From positions 5,751-69,750 of the forward strand of contig DATKZF010000002.1 of assembly GCA_035528115.1 (NCBI GenBank): a stretch of 64,000 nucleotides of DNA, written 5' to 3'. Shown one piece after another: positions 38,338 to 49,004 of the stretch. The position numbers were made by a program, and so were the translations under genes. The stretch's first letter is position 1. Each line of letters begins with the position of its first letter. The stretch is from Candidatus Bipolaricaulota bacterium. Its GTDB lineage: Bacteria > Patescibacteriota > Patescibacteriia > UBA11705 > DATKZF01. The notes beneath the pieces are model-generated. The model saw only the letters and a program-made list of their open reading frames with translations, ran no database searches and was not told where the DNA came from.

Positions 38338-39735
38338 TCATTTTTTAAATACCTCATATCCTCCGGCCGTATCCTCCACCTCCCAGCCCAAAACCTCAAT
38401 CTCTTTGCGAAACGAATCAGCCAGCTCAAAATCTTTTTTCTTTCTGGCCGCCAATCTGTCTTCGGCCAATTTTTTGATTGCCGCCGGAATCGCTTCAGGA
38501 TTTAGATTTTCCAAGCCCAGCCCCAATATCGAATCAAATCGAAGCAGCGTCTCTCTCTTGTTAGCTTCTTTTTCTTTTGACTTGATCAAGTCCCAAACGA
38601 TCGCCAAGGCCTGCGGAGTACTAAGATCGTCATTAATCGCTTGATGAAATTTTTCTTCCCAGGCCGGCAAAACCTCGCCCGGATTTTCACCCCAGCTTAA
38701 AAAATCCCGTTTTAATTTGCATAGAGCGCTTTGGGCCGCGGCAATGGCCTCGAGAGAAAAATTCAATTCCTTTCGGTAATGAGTATTCAAAAGCAAATAG
38801 CGGTAATCAAGCGGCTCGAATCCTTTCAAATGCAAATCTTTGAGCGTGGTTATATTGCCCACTGACTTGGCCATTTTTTCATTGTTCATCAAAATAAAAT
38901 TGTTGTGCAGCCAAAATCGAACGAACTGTCGGCCGGTCGCCGCTTCGCTTTGGGCGATTTCATTCGAATGATGCACGGGAATATGATCAATGCCGCCCGT
39001 GTGAACATCAATCGTCTTGCCCAAATATTTCATGGACATGGCCGAGCATTCGATATGCCAGCCCGGAAAGCCGACGCCCCACGGAGAATCCCACTCCATG
39101 TCGCGCTTTTTGTCCTTTGGCGAGAATTTCCACAAAGCGAAATCGGTCGGCTTTTTTTTCTCGCCGATTTCAATTCTCTTGCCCGCTTCAAGTCCGGCAA
39201 TATCGAGCCGCGCCAGTTTGCCATAATCTTTTAATTTGGAAGTGTCGAAATAAACCCCATCCGAAGTTTTATAAGTAAAGCCTTTGGCTTCAAGTTTTTT
39301 CACCAAATCAATCATCGCTTTGATATGGTCGGTCGCCTTGGCCCAGACCATGGGCTCAAGATTGTTGAGCTTAATAAAATCGCTTTTGAAAGCTTCAGTG
39401 TAATACTCGGCGATTTGCCAGGCGGTTTTTCGCTCAGCCGCCGCCTTTTTGGCGATTTTGTCCTCGCCGGAGTCTTCATCTCCGGTCAGGTGGCCGACAT
39501 CAGTGATATTGATTACCTGCCAAACTCGGAATTTATTATAGCGCAAAACTCTTTTTATAATATCGGCAAAAACATAACTTCTGAAATTGCCGATATGCGC
39601 GTAGTCGTAAACGGTCGGACCGCAAGTGTACATTGAAACTGTTTTACGCCACCAACGAATCGGCCTGAATTTTTCCTTTTTTCGAGATAACGTGTTGAAT
39701 AAATGTAAATCCATAATTTTTAAATAAAAAATCAA
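38338..39735 (-). CDS. cysS: Cysteine--tRNA ligase
   Basis: MYTCGPTVY, HIGN, GFPGWHIECS, KMAKS; start may be ATG 39714. Confidence 0.96.
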   Translation of the reverse strand: MIFYLKIMDLHLFNTLSRKKEKFRPIRWWRKTVSMYTCGPTVYDYAHIGNFRSYVFADIIKRVLRYNKFRVWQVINITDVGHLTGDEDSGEDKIAKKAAAERKTAWQIAEYYTEAFKSDFIKLNNLEPMVWAKATDHIKAMIDLVKKLEAKGFTYKTSDGVYFDTSKLKDYGKLARLDIAGLEAGKRIEIGEKKKPTDFALWKFSPKDKKRDMEWDSPWGVGFPGWHIECSAMSMKYLGKTIDVHTGGIDHIPVHHSNEIAQSEAATGRQFVRFWLHNNFILMNNEKMAKSVGNITTLKDLHLKGFEPLDYRYLLLNTHYRKELNFSLEAIAAAQSALCKLKRDFLSWGENPGEVLPAWEEKFHQAINDDLSTPQALAIVWDLIKSKEKEANKRETLLRFDSILGLGLENLNPEAIPAAIKKLAEDRLAARKKKDFELADSFRKEIEVLGWEVEDTAGGYEVFKK

Positions 39736-39989
39736 ATATAAAATATAAAAAACAAATATTAAAAATAAAAAAAATTGAATGCCTCATTCGTCCCAAAGGG
39801 ATCCCATTGGGATAAATTTGTAACTATTTGTAAAATTCGTACAAAATTCGTAATTTGTAACCTTTTCTCAATTTTAGCAAATTTGGCCAAAAAATCAAAA
39901 AAACATCCCCTTTCCCGGAATGCTTCATTCGTAATCTCCCAAATCCATGTTTTCGTAGTATTCGTAAAGATTCGTAGTTTCGTAGCCCA

Positions 39990-40508
39990 TCACTCTTCTT
40001 TTTCCTTCACCAGCATCATGGCCAAAATCGGCAACCCCAGCCAAACCAATCTGCCAATATCGCTAACAAAAACTTCCCTGGTTACAAAACTGAAATTATT
40101 CAAAAAACTTGATGGCAAAAAAGTGAAAATCACGCTGATCAAAAGCCCGATTTGCAAAAAGCTGAACACGATCACCTGCCACCACGCCCCGGAGCTGTCG
40201 CCGATCACCCGGCCCACGGCCGACCGCGAAATCAAGAAAAAACAAACCACCAGTAAAATGATAAACACCGTGGCCTGCAAAACAAAGGCGTTATTGATGC
40301 TGATCGAGCCTTTCAAATACTTTGACCATGGAATGGTGTAAGCGATGGCCAAAGTGATATACAAAGACAATAAAACCACGATGATTCTGCTTCTGCCCAT
40401 GGCAATGCCGTAAAGCAAAGCGCCGACGGTAAAAAAAAGCAAAACGATCAAATCCCAGCTGGGATTCACCCAATCGATTGTTGTAAACCAATCTATGACT
40501 GCGGACAT
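39990..40508 (-). CDS. Membrane protein
   Basis: About 5 TM segments. Confidence 0.8.
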   Translation of the reverse strand: MSAVIDWFTTIDWVNPSWDLIVLLFFTVGALLYGIAMGRSRIIVVLLSLYITLAIAYTIPWSKYLKGSISINNAFVLQATVFIILLVVCFFLISRSAVGRVIGDSSGAWWQVIVFSFLQIGLLISVIFTFLPSSFLNNFSFVTREVFVSDIGRLVWLGLPILAMMLVKEKEE

Positions 40509-40604
40509 AAATTTCTGTTTTTATTTTATGAAGTTTAAAACAATTGTTTCATGATTCATGATCCATGTTTCATGATAAGAATATTATAACACAAACCGAT
40601 TCAT

Positions 40605-41195
40605 TTAGGCTACCTTTTTCATCATTTGAGATTTAATCTCAAGAGGTAATTTCCTTTCCCAGCGAACTAAACTCTCTTCAAGATCCGCTTTTTCCGCCTT
40701 ATTCGGCCAAACTGACACGGCATCCGCGACTAATTCTATTGAGCTGATTACCCTGTTTACAAATTCAGGATCGTCCATATAAGCATTTTTACCGACCATT
40801 TGTCTTAAAGCTCCCATAAAACCGATTAATTCATCAGGATCCTCGTTCATTTTTTCAAAATCTTTTTTTGCCTTTAAAAGCTCATCCAAACCTTCGCTTA
40901 TTTTCAAAGCGGGCATTTCTCTGACCTTATCATTATCCTCATCGACCTTCGCTCCTTTCAGCTCCTGCATGCCTTGCAATACTTCTTTTACGCCCAGAGC
41001 GTTAACCCCCCGCAAAGCGTTAATCACTTTATCCTCCGAACCGTCAAACATGGTGGCGTCTTGATTAAAAAGCCGGACGATTTCGCCAACCGCAAAATTT
41101 CTCTCGCGCTCGTCTTCGGAATTCAAATCTTCCAAAACCGCGTCAGTGGCCGAGCCGCCTCCCTGTTCTACTCCTTTAAATGGATTCCAACCCAT
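40605..41195 (-). CDS. Hypothetical helical protein
   Basis: 196-aa ORF directly downstream of dnaJ. Confidence 0.75.
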   Translation of the reverse strand: MGWNPFKGVEQGGGSATDAVLEDLNSEDERERNFAVGEIVRLFNQDATMFDGSEDKVINALRGVNALGVKEVLQGMQELKGAKVDEDNDKVREMPALKISEGLDELLKAKKDFEKMNEDPDELIGFMGALRQMVGKNAYMDDPEFVNRVISSIELVADAVSVWPNKAEKADLEESLVRWERKLPLEIKSQMMKKVA

Positions 41196-41199
41196 ATTT

Positions 41200-42270
41200 T
41201 TATAAATCCAATTTATTTAATAAATCTTTTTGTTCTCTGGTCAAATTTTTCGGCACATTGACATCAATTATCACCCAATGATCTCCTCTTCCATAGCCGC
41301 GCAGCTTGGGAATACCTTTGCCTTTTAACCTAAACTTCGTACCCGGCTGAGTGCCGGCCGGAATTTTCAAACTTACTTCGCCGTCAATCGTATTTATTTC
41401 CATTTTATCACCCAATGCCGCTCGCGCAAAGCTTATCTGTTGATTACTTAAAATATCATAACCGCGGCGTTCGAACTGATCGCTGGGTCTGACGCGAATA
41501 TGGAGGTACAAATCACCGGCCTCGCCCGAGGAAGCCGCTTCGCCGCGGCCGCTCAATTTGAGAGATTCGCCGTTGTCTATGCCGGCCGGAACGCTGACTT
41601 TAATTTCCTCATTTTCATTAACAATACCCATTCCTTTGCAACGAGAACATTTTTTCTCTATTTTTCGCCCTTTGCCTCCGCAGTCCGGACAAGCTACCTG
41701 AGTTTGAATCGCTCCCAAAATTGTTTGTTGAACCCTGCTTTGCCGACCGGAACCTTTGCAAGCCGGACATTCGTAAATTTTCGATCCCGGCTCAGCTCCG
41801 TTTCCCGAACAATTAGGGCAAACAATATTTTTGTTCAGGGAAATTACCTTTTCCGCGCCAAAAACCGCTTCCATGAAATCGACTGTCAAATCCATTTCAA
41901 TATCAGCTCCTCTGGCTTGGCGACGACTTCTAGAGCCGAAGCCGAAGACATCGCCAAAGATATCTCCCAAGTCGCCCATGTCGAAATTAGCGGATGAAAA
42001 ACCGCCCCCGAAAGGATTTTGGCCGGAAAACCCGCCGAATCCTCCGGCTCCGGCCTGGTCGAATGTCGAGCCGAATTGATCATATTGCTGACGCTTCTTT
42101 TCATCTCCCAAGGCCTGATAAGCCTCATTGACTTCCTTGAATTTCTGCTCATTGCCATCCGGTTTATCCGGGTGGTATTGATGCGCGAGTTTTCTAAAAG
42201 CGCGCTTTATTTCGTCTTGCGAAGCGTTTTTTTCAACTCCCAATGTTTTATAGTAATCCTTTGAAGCCAT
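41200..42270 (-). CDS. dnaJ: Chaperone DnaJ
   Basis: HPD J-domain, G/F region, four CxxCxGxG. Confidence 0.97.
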   Translation of the reverse strand: MASKDYYKTLGVEKNASQDEIKRAFRKLAHQYHPDKPDGNEQKFKEVNEAYQALGDEKKRQQYDQFGSTFDQAGAGGFGGFSGQNPFGGGFSSANFDMGDLGDIFGDVFGFGSRSRRQARGADIEMDLTVDFMEAVFGAEKVISLNKNIVCPNCSGNGAEPGSKIYECPACKGSGRQSRVQQTILGAIQTQVACPDCGGKGRKIEKKCSRCKGMGIVNENEEIKVSVPAGIDNGESLKLSGRGEAASSGEAGDLYLHIRVRPSDQFERRGYDILSNQQISFARAALGDKMEINTIDGEVSLKIPAGTQPGTKFRLKGKGIPKLRGYGRGDHWVIIDVNVPKNLTREQKDLLNKLDL

Positions 42271-42275
42271 AATTT

Positions 42276-42587
42276 TTACGCTCTCTCCCCGAAGCCCACT
42301 TCGTTTTTGGGCATATCCGCGATTTCGATTTCGCCAAAAGTATTTTCATACTTTTTCAAATTGTCCTGCAGCGCCAAGACGATTCTTTTCAAATGTCCGG
42401 GCGTGGTGATGATTCTGGCATTAAGCGTGCCTTGCGGCGGAAAAATGTTGAGAAAGTCCAAAACAAACTCTTCTCTGGTGTGAGTAATCTGCATGGCATT
42501 GGCGAAAATGCCCTTCAAATCCGCGTCTTGAGCTTTGATTTGAATCTGTTTGGGTGGCTGTTGATTCTGGAAATTTTGATCATTCAT
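42276..42587 (-). CDS. DUF3467-like protein
   Basis: G-FAN---ITHT-EEFVLDF, RII-TP-HLKR, YE--FGEI. Confidence 0.8.
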   Translation of the reverse strand: MNDQNFQNQQPPKQIQIKAQDADLKGIFANAMQITHTREEFVLDFLNIFPPQGTLNARIITTPGHLKRIVLALQDNLKKYENTFGEIEIADMPKNEVGFGERA

Positions 42588-42657
42588 ATTGACAAATAAT
42601 TAAAAATCGGTTAGATTATATTGAACCGCCGAAAAGGCGCTGACAAGGAGGATCGAG

Positions 42658-43146
42658 ATGTACGCGATCATCTTTCGTCCCGGCGCCAATCTGTTTTGGC
42701 GCGGGACATACGGAAAGTTCGTCAACCGGGTGAAAATGGGAGAAATCAGCGTTTCATCCATAGCCATGCCGACTCCATCGCCAAGCGCGAAAAAACTTCG
42801 CGTGCGATGCGGCTCCGGCAAAGACAAGGAGGTCTTCATCCCTCTCGTTTTGCTGATGGCGGTCGTCATCGGCATACGAAAAGGCGTGCTCTTTCGCGGC
42901 CAAGTGGTGCGGCACCTGTTCATCAGCGAACGCTGGGTGACCGTGCAAATAAATGAACAAGCGCTGTTGAATCTCCTGCCCGGAGAGAGAGGCCAACGAT
43001 TGGCCAAATCTCTGCGCGGCAAGTTGAGGATCCCCAGAGAAATGATCAAGATCTGCCTTGACGTCAGACCCGTAGCCGAAGGCGGCACCCAGATCATCTG
43101 GGACGCCAACGGCTCTCAGAATCCATTCATCAAGAAGGAGTCATAG
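42658..43146 (+). CDS. GC-rich orphan protein, antisense within the dnaK-dnaJ locus
   Basis: SD AAGGAGG; promoter TTGACA-17-TAGATT (42589-42617). Confidence 0.7.
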   Translation: MYAIIFRPGANLFWRGTYGKFVNRVKMGEISVSSIAMPTPSPSAKKLRVRCGSGKDKEVFIPLVLLMAVVIGIRKGVLFRGQVVRHLFISERWVTVQINEQALLNLLPGERGQRLAKSLRGKLRIPREMIKICLDVRPVAEGGTQIIWDANGSQNPFIKKES

Positions 43147-43168
43147 ACCAAAGCCCTCGAGCCGCGGT

Positions 43169-45082
43169 CTATTTTTTTTCTTTAAAATCCCCTTCTTGCG
43201 TCTTTTCTTTTTCGTCTTTGGGTTGCTCAGCGTCCGGTTTGGTTTCAGCGCCCGCCTGTTGATTGGCCGCGGCTTGGTTTGAGGCCGCGTACATTTCAGC
43301 GCCTATCTTTTGCGCGGCTTGACCCAAGTCATCGGTCGCTTTTTTAATCGCCTCGAAATCATCGCCGTCTTTTATTTTCTTTAAAGCTTCCAATTTTTCT
43401 TCGAGCGACTTTTTGTCCTCGTCTTTTATTTTGTCAGCTTGTTCTTTAATCAATTTTTCCGTGGTGTAAATCAAACTTTCCGCGATGTTTTTAGCTTCAA
43501 TCGATTCTTTTTTCTTTTTATCTTCCTCGGCGTGAGCTTCGGCGTCTTTTTTCATTTTCTCGATTTCGTCTTTGGACAAACCCGAAGAAGCGGTGATGGT
43601 GATATTTTGCTTTTTGCCCGTGGCCTTATCGGTCGCGGAAACATTCAAAATGCCGTTGGCGTCAATATCGAAAGTCACTTCAACTTGCGGAATGCCTCGC
43701 GGAGCCGGCGGTATGCCGTCCAAAATGAATCGACCCAAAGCTTTATTGTCCCCGGCCATTTCGCGCTCGCCCTGCAAAACATGAATTTCAACCGAAGGCT
43801 GATTGTCCCCGGCCGTGGAAAAAATTTGAGATTTGGAAGTCGGCACCGTGGTGTTTCGCTCTATCAATTTGGTCATCACCCCGCCCAAAGTTTCCAGTCC
43901 CAAAGAAAGCGGAGTCACGTCAAGCAATAATACGTCTTTGACATCGCCCTGCAAAACGCCGGCCTGAACGGCCGCGCCAATGGCCACGACTTCATCCGGA
44001 TTGACTTCCATATTGAGTTTTTTGCCGAAAAACTCTTCGACTTTTTTCTGAACCAGCGGCATTCTGGTCATGCCGCCGACCAAAACGACTTCGTCTATTT
44101 TCGATTTGTCGAGCTTGGCGTCGTCCAGCGCTTTCTTGCATGGCTCAATCGTTTTCTCCACCAAATCCATGACCAGCTCTTCAAGTTTGGCGCGAGACAA
44201 TCTCAAATCAAGATGCAAAGGACTGCCGTCTTTATCCTGAGTGATATAAGGTTGATTGATCAAAGCTTCTTGGCTGGAGCTCAATTCGTGCTTGGCTTTT
44301 TCCGCGGATTCTTTAATTCTTTGCAAAGCCATTTGATCCTTTTTCAAATCAATGCCATTTTGCTTTTTAAACTCTTCGACTATCCAATCAATAATCTTTT
44401 TATCGAAATCATCTCCGCCAAGATGCGTGTCCCCGTTGGTGGACAAAACCTCAATGGTATCGTCGCCGATATCCAAAATGGAAATATCAAAAGTGCCGCC
44501 GCCAAGATCATAAACCGCGATTTTCTGATTTTTCTTTTTATCAAAACCGTAGGCGAGGGCCGCGGCCGTCGGCTCATTGATGATTCTTTTCACCTTCATG
44601 CCCGCGATCTCGCCCGCGTCTTTGGTCGCTTGTCTTTGAGAGTCGTCGAAATAAGCGGGCACGGTGATGATCACCTCTTCGATTTTTTCGCCCAATTTGC
44701 TCTCCGCGTCAGCTTTCAGTTTTTGCAAAATCATGGCGGAAATTTCCTGCGGCGAAAACTCCTTGCCATCCATAGCCACTTTTATACCGGAACCGGACTG
44801 TTTTATTTCGTATGACATGTTCTCCATATCCTCTTTCACTTCCGCGTCATCGGCTCGGCGGCCAATCAATCTTTTCACGGAATAAACAGTGTTCTTCGGA
44901 TTGGTCACGGCCTGGTGTTTGGCTGTCTGCCCGACCAGTCTCTCCCCTGTTTTTGAAATCGCCACAATGGACGGAGTGGTTCTGTTGCCCTCCGAATTTT
45001 CCAAAACCTTGGGCTTGCCGCCCTCGACAATGGCCATGCAGCTGTTGGTTGTTCCCAAGTCAATGCCTAGAATTTTACTCAT
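43169..45082 (-). CDS. dnaK: Chaperone DnaK
   Basis: [30 protein letters not shown]. Confidence 0.98.
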   Translation of the reverse strand: MSKILGIDLGTTNSCMAIVEGGKPKVLENSEGNRTTPSIVAISKTGERLVGQTAKHQAVTNPKNTVYSVKRLIGRRADDAEVKEDMENMSYEIKQSGSGIKVAMDGKEFSPQEISAMILQKLKADAESKLGEKIEEVIITVPAYFDDSQRQATKDAGEIAGMKVKRIINEPTAAALAYGFDKKKNQKIAVYDLGGGTFDISILDIGDDTIEVLSTNGDTHLGGDDFDKKIIDWIVEEFKKQNGIDLKKDQMALQRIKESAEKAKHELSSSQEALINQPYITQDKDGSPLHLDLRLSRAKLEELVMDLVEKTIEPCKKALDDAKLDKSKIDEVVLVGGMTRMPLVQKKVEEFFGKKLNMEVNPDEVVAIGAAVQAGVLQGDVKDVLLLDVTPLSLGLETLGGVMTKLIERNTTVPTSKSQIFSTAGDNQPSVEIHVLQGEREMAGDNKALGRFILDGIPPAPRGIPQVEVTFDIDANGILNVSATDKATGKKQNITITASSGLSKDEIEKMKKDAEAHAEEDKKKKESIEAKNIAESLIYTTEKLIKEQADKIKDEDKKSLEEKLEALKKIKDGDDFEAIKKATDDLGQAAQKIGAEMYAASNQAAANQQAGAETKPDAEQPKDEKEKTQEGDFKEKK

Positions 45083-45373
45083 ATGTGTTTTACAAATTTA
45101 CGAATGCGTTACAAAATTTGTAATTATTTGTATCATTTGTAATCGATTTGTAATTTGTAACTCTTTAATATTTACTCACCCGAAGCGAAGAAACTTTCCT
45201 CGCCTCGAAAAGCAAACATTTAATTAGAGGGCTATAGAAGCCTTAAGAAGGCTAAAGAAGTAAATGGGACAAGAAGATTAGAGATTTATAAGGTATAAGA
45301 CAATCTCCAAAAAACTCATAAAAGCCCTCTTTTCATCTTGACTCCCATACCTTTCAAGCCTTATCAAGCCCCC

Positions 45374-45811
45374 TTAAGCCTTCTTCCCGTTTTTATTTTT
45401 AGCGATCACTTTGACTTTTTTCGCGGACGGCGCTTTTTCTTTCGGAATCACGACTTTTAAAACTCCGTCTTCGAATTCGGCCGCGGCCTTATCGCCCTGC
45501 ACGTGCGCGGGCAGAGCCAGCGAGCGGTAGAAACCGCCGGCGTGAATTTCCTTTCGATAATAATTTTTCTCTTCCACTTCAGACTTTTTCTCGGTCTTTC
45601 CTTTAATGGTCAGAATATCGTTTTCAACCGAAATATCCAATTTATCAGGATCAATGCCCGGGAGTTGAGCTTCCACAATGACATTGTTTCCTTTTTCATA
45701 CATGTCGATGGCCGGCAAAAACCCGGCGATCGCGCCGCGTTTCATGTCGTCGAAGATTTTATCGAAATCCCCGAACGGCTCCATGAACGGACTCCATTTG
45801 ATTAATGGCAT
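45374..45811 (-). CDS. Hsp20/alpha-crystallin small heat-shock protein
   Basis: PAIDMYE, LPG, FYRSLALP, FEDGVLKV-IPK; start at ATG 45811. Confidence 0.92.
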   Translation of the reverse strand: MPLIKWSPFMEPFGDFDKIFDDMKRGAIAGFLPAIDMYEKGNNVIVEAQLPGIDPDKLDISVENDILTIKGKTEKKSEVEEKNYYRKEIHAGGFYRSLALPAHVQGDKAAAEFEDGVLKVVIPKEKAPSAKKVKVIAKNKNGKKA

Positions 45812-45963
45812 ATTATTTTCCCCCTTTGTTAGCCCATTGAAGACTAACATTATTTATTTTTTTAGATGCTGGAAGATAGATTATGGGTTTGGATGCTGGA
45901 ATTTTTTCTGTTTCTAGCCTCTAAACCCACGCCCAGCCTCTAGCATCCCAAATTATTAATTTT

Positions 45964-46449
45964 TTACTTAGAAACAATTACTTTTGCAAAAACAACGGTC
46001 TCTTTATTCAATTCATATCCCGGCATTACCTCTTTAACAATCACTCCTTCTTTTTCATCGGACGTTTCCTCCCCCACCGCTTCGTGCAAAGTCGGATCGA
46101 ATTTTTCGCCGACGGTCTTTATTTGCTCCACTCCCCAATTTTTCAAAATCTCATCCAATTGCCGCTTAATGCACATAAACCCTTTCACCCAATTATCGTC
46201 TTTTTTATTTTCGGGCACGCTTTTTTCAGCCTGGCAAAACGAATTTAAGACCGGCAAAATCCCGACAATCAAATCTTTTTTTATGAATTTGCCCAGCTCC
46301 GCTTGCCTGGCTGACGATTCTTTCAACAAATTTTCATAATCCGCTTTGGCGCGTTGCCAGCCGGCCAAATTTTCCGCGGCTCTGTCCGTTAATTCCTGAA
46401 TCTTCTTCGGCCAATTTTTATCGTCTTTTTTTCTTTCTTCTTTGCTCAT
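45964..46449 (-). CDS. grpE: Nucleotide exchange factor GrpE
   Basis: QRAKADYEN, GEKFDPTLHEAV, PGY. Confidence 0.93.
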   Translation of the reverse strand: MSKEERKKDDKNWPKKIQELTDRAAENLAGWQRAKADYENLLKESSARQAELGKFIKKDLIVGILPVLNSFCQAEKSVPENKKDDNWVKGFMCIKRQLDEILKNWGVEQIKTVGEKFDPTLHEAVGEETSDEKEGVIVKEVMPGYELNKETVVFAKVIVSK

Positions 46450-46450
46450 A

Positions 46451-47137
46451 TTAATTCAATTCTTCTGTTAAAAATTTTAACAATGATAAATTATTCTCAT
46501 AATCCATTCTGGTCGCGCCCAAAATGACTATTAAATGATTTTTAACCGGAATCATGGCCGAACCGCAAGCCTCGCTGAATCGATTTTCTTTGCCGATTTC
46601 TATTTTTATGTCTTTTGATTCAATCCGTTCTTTGAAAATATTGAAGATCACCTTATCCAATTCATCCAACACCGAGCTCAATTCAAAAATCAAATTTCTC
46701 TCTTCAAATTCCGGCTTGGAAAAAAGATTGCTCAAGCCGGTATAATAAACATCATTTTCCGCGAACGCCACGATCACCGCGTCCCCGGACGCTTCAGCCA
46801 CTATTTTGGCGATTTCTTTCAAACCCTGCCGAACATCTTTGCCCATGATTTTCTTTTGCTTTTTTATTTTCTCGGCGATGGCCGATTGAAGCTTTTTTCC
46901 TTTGATGAAATTTTCCAAATAAAATTTGTAACCTAGCTCGGTCGGGATCCTGCCCGCTGACGTATGCGGCTGATAAATAAAGCCCGCTTTTTCCAATTCG
47001 GCCATTTCATTTCTGACCGTGGCCGAGCTGACTTCGTCTTTTAATTTTCCGACCAGAAACCCGGAAGCCACGGGCTCGGCCGTCTTTATATAGTGATTGG
47101 TTAAATTTTTGAGCAATTCCTTCTGCCTTTCTTTCAT
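46451..47137 (-). CDS. hrcA: Heat-inducible repressor HrcA (short form)
   Basis: YIKTAEPVAS, SSATVRNEM, QPHTSAGRIPT, GATRMDY. Confidence 0.92.
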   Translation of the reverse strand: MKERQKELLKNLTNHYIKTAEPVASGFLVGKLKDEVSSATVRNEMAELEKAGFIYQPHTSAGRIPTELGYKFYLENFIKGKKLQSAIAEKIKKQKKIMGKDVRQGLKEIAKIVAEASGDAVIVAFAENDVYYTGLSNLFSKPEFEERNLIFELSSVLDELDKVIFNIFKERIESKDIKIEIGKENRFSEACGSAMIPVKNHLIVILGATRMDYENNLSLLKFLTEELN

Positions 47138-47138
47138 A

Positions 47139-47165
47139 TTAGCAGTCTTATTATGTGAGTGCCAA
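47139..47165 (-). promoter_or_regulatory. CIRCE operator
   Basis: TTGGCACTC-N9-GACTGCTAA versus consensus TTAGCACTC-N9-GAGTGCTAA, immediately before the hrcA start. Confidence 0.9.
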
Positions 47166-47169
47166 TTTC

Positions 47170-47197
47170 ATTATAGCAATATAAAAAAAGGTGTCAA
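47170..47197 (-). promoter_or_regulatory. sigma70 promoter of hrcA operon
   Basis: TTGACA-16 nt-TATAAT with TGn extension. Confidence 0.8.
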
Positions 47198-47202
47198 GGA
47201 TT

Positions 47203-47585
47203 ATGACTACGAACCTACAAAATACTACAAATACTACGAAAACAAAGCCATATTAATAATATTCGTAATTATTTGTATTAAATTCAAAACCTTTTATTTG
47301 TAAATTCGTAACCATTGGTAACCACTTAAATAAATATTCGTAACATTTGTAACCATTCGTAACAAAACAAAAAAAACTACAGCCAAGTCTAGCTTATTAG
47401 ATGTAGTAATTTGTAATCCACCCAAATACCTGTCCCATTTGTAATTATTCGTAATAAAACCCAAATAATTTTTATTTTTAATAATTTGTAACCACTCAAT
47501 TGCCAATTCAATTTGTAACTATTTGTAATAAAACTTCAAAAACAAAAACTAAGGCTATCTTAATAGCGGCAGTCATTTGTAATAA
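47203..47585. repeat. Long degenerate TTCGTAA/TTTGTAA repeat tract
   Basis: More than 10 units; CTACGAA/CTACAAA orientation at left end, reverse orientation afterwards. Confidence 0.7.
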
Positions 47586-47610
47586 ATTTAAAACCGCCGA
47601 TTTCATGCAA

Positions 47611-48072
47611 TCAGCGGCTGTCTTCACTGAAATAGAAGTCCCTGTCCGGCCGCAGACTGTGCGGCAGGTTCTGCGCCGCCCAGCTCATCAGCCTAGCCAC
47701 GGCCACCACGACCAAAATGTCGCCGCACTCAGCCGCTTTCATCCAGTGGATGAAAACCGCGTTCATGAAGAGCTCGGCCTTCTTTGTCATCGGCTTGATC
47801 TTGATCTCGCCAACGAAACTCAACTGATCTTCGTAGAACCGCATGGCCAGAAACGCCCGGCCGTCGATCGACACTCCTTCAAGCAAGTGAACATCCGGAA
47901 AGGGAAGACCATCGGGCTTCAAGGAAAACATCCTGGCCGCGCCCGGGTTTCCGATGCGCGTCTGAATCAACCCTCCCTGTTGCGAGAACAAGGCCACGAA
48001 AAGCCTCCTCCCAACTATTGAATACGGCACCAGCGCCACCTCTTGATCTTGTTGCACCTGAACCTCCTTCAT
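47611..48072 (-). CDS. GC-rich orphan protein
   Basis: SD AAGGAGG; promoter TTGACA-17-TAACGT (48112-48140). Confidence 0.75.
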   Translation of the reverse strand: MKEVQVQQDQEVALVPYSIVGRRLFVALFSQQGGLIQTRIGNPGAARMFSLKPDGLPFPDVHLLEGVSIDGRAFLAMRFYEDQLSFVGEIKIKPMTKKAELFMNAVFIHWMKAAECGDILVVVAVARLMSWAAQNLPHSLRPDRDFYFSEDSR

Positions 48073-48356
48073 AGTCTCCTCCTTGCGTGATAGTGGTTGG
48101 CAGTCGAGAACACGTTATCGAAAAAGGCGGTCATTGTCAAACAATGCGCGAGCTTTTAGGTAGTAGCTTATTAGCTTTTCAGGTAGCTCCCAACCAGCCA
48201 ATAAGCTGATTTGTAATTATTCGTAATTTCTAGGCAAAGGCAAGCTTAATAGCTTCAGTAATTCGTAATAAAACAGGTAAACCTAAACCTAGCTTGTCCT
48301 ATTAGATTCTACTATTCGTAATTTTAAAAACGCTACCCAGTGTGGTAGCGTTCCTC

Positions 48357-49004
48357 CTAAATCTTGATTCCCTCCTTGACGAAACCGTTCCGAATTCCCA
48401 CCATGGCCGCTGCCAAGACGATGATATCGTCGAGGATGGTCCTGGCTCCGGGCCGGAGAATGTATGAGTTCGACGCTTTCTCGAACAACTCGTCGTGCGT
48501 CGCCAACACCCCGGGATATCGTTTCCACTCTCCCAGATCGCCGGGCAACGGGACCTCAAAGGCCGTGGACTTATGCTGATTCGCGAGCAACCGCTTGACC
48601 TCGGTCAGCGCATATTCCGCCGGCTCGTGGAGTTCAACGATGCGCATGCGCAGATCCTGCGCCGCCAAATGCGCTACCTCACGCGCGCAGTAAGTGGCGC
48701 TGCCCTTGCCTACCTTGAGTGAAGCCAACAAATTGCTTCGTTCACTTTGCAAATCCCTCTTTTTGGGATTCGCCCCCTTGCCTTTTACGTTGCCGTTCGG
48801 CTGTTCGGCAAACAGCTTGGGACGTTCTCTGAGCGGGCAGTCCTCATAGTGCTCGCATCGCTCGCCTTTCATCGGATCGCTCGGTCCGGCAACCCTTTCC
48901 TTGCCGAACCAAAACCCTAGACTCGCGAGGCACGGCTTTCTTCTCGATTCCCAAATCCCCCGTAGCTCTCCCTCCACGGCATACCTCCTCTTTCGCTGCG
49001 TCAC
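48357..49004 (-). CDS. GC-rich orphan protein
   Basis: 215-aa ORF; promoter TTGACA-17-TAAAAT (49022-49050); start uncertain. Confidence 0.65.
   Translation of the reverse strand: MTQRKRRYAVEGELRGIWESRRKPCLASLGFWFGKERVAGPSDPMKGERCEHYEDCPLRERPKLFAEQPNGNVKGKGANPKKRDLQSERSNLLASLKVGKGSATYCAREVAHLAAQDLRMRIVELHEPAEYALTEVKRLLANQHKSTAFEVPLPGDLGEWKRYPGVLATHDELFEKASNSYILRPGARTILDDIIVLAAAMVGIRNGFVKEGIKI

Noticed and set aside
47294-47506. ORFs within the repeat tracts (also 39775-40341, 47097-47303)
   Set aside because: Low-complexity translations of repeat DNA or antisense to real genes.
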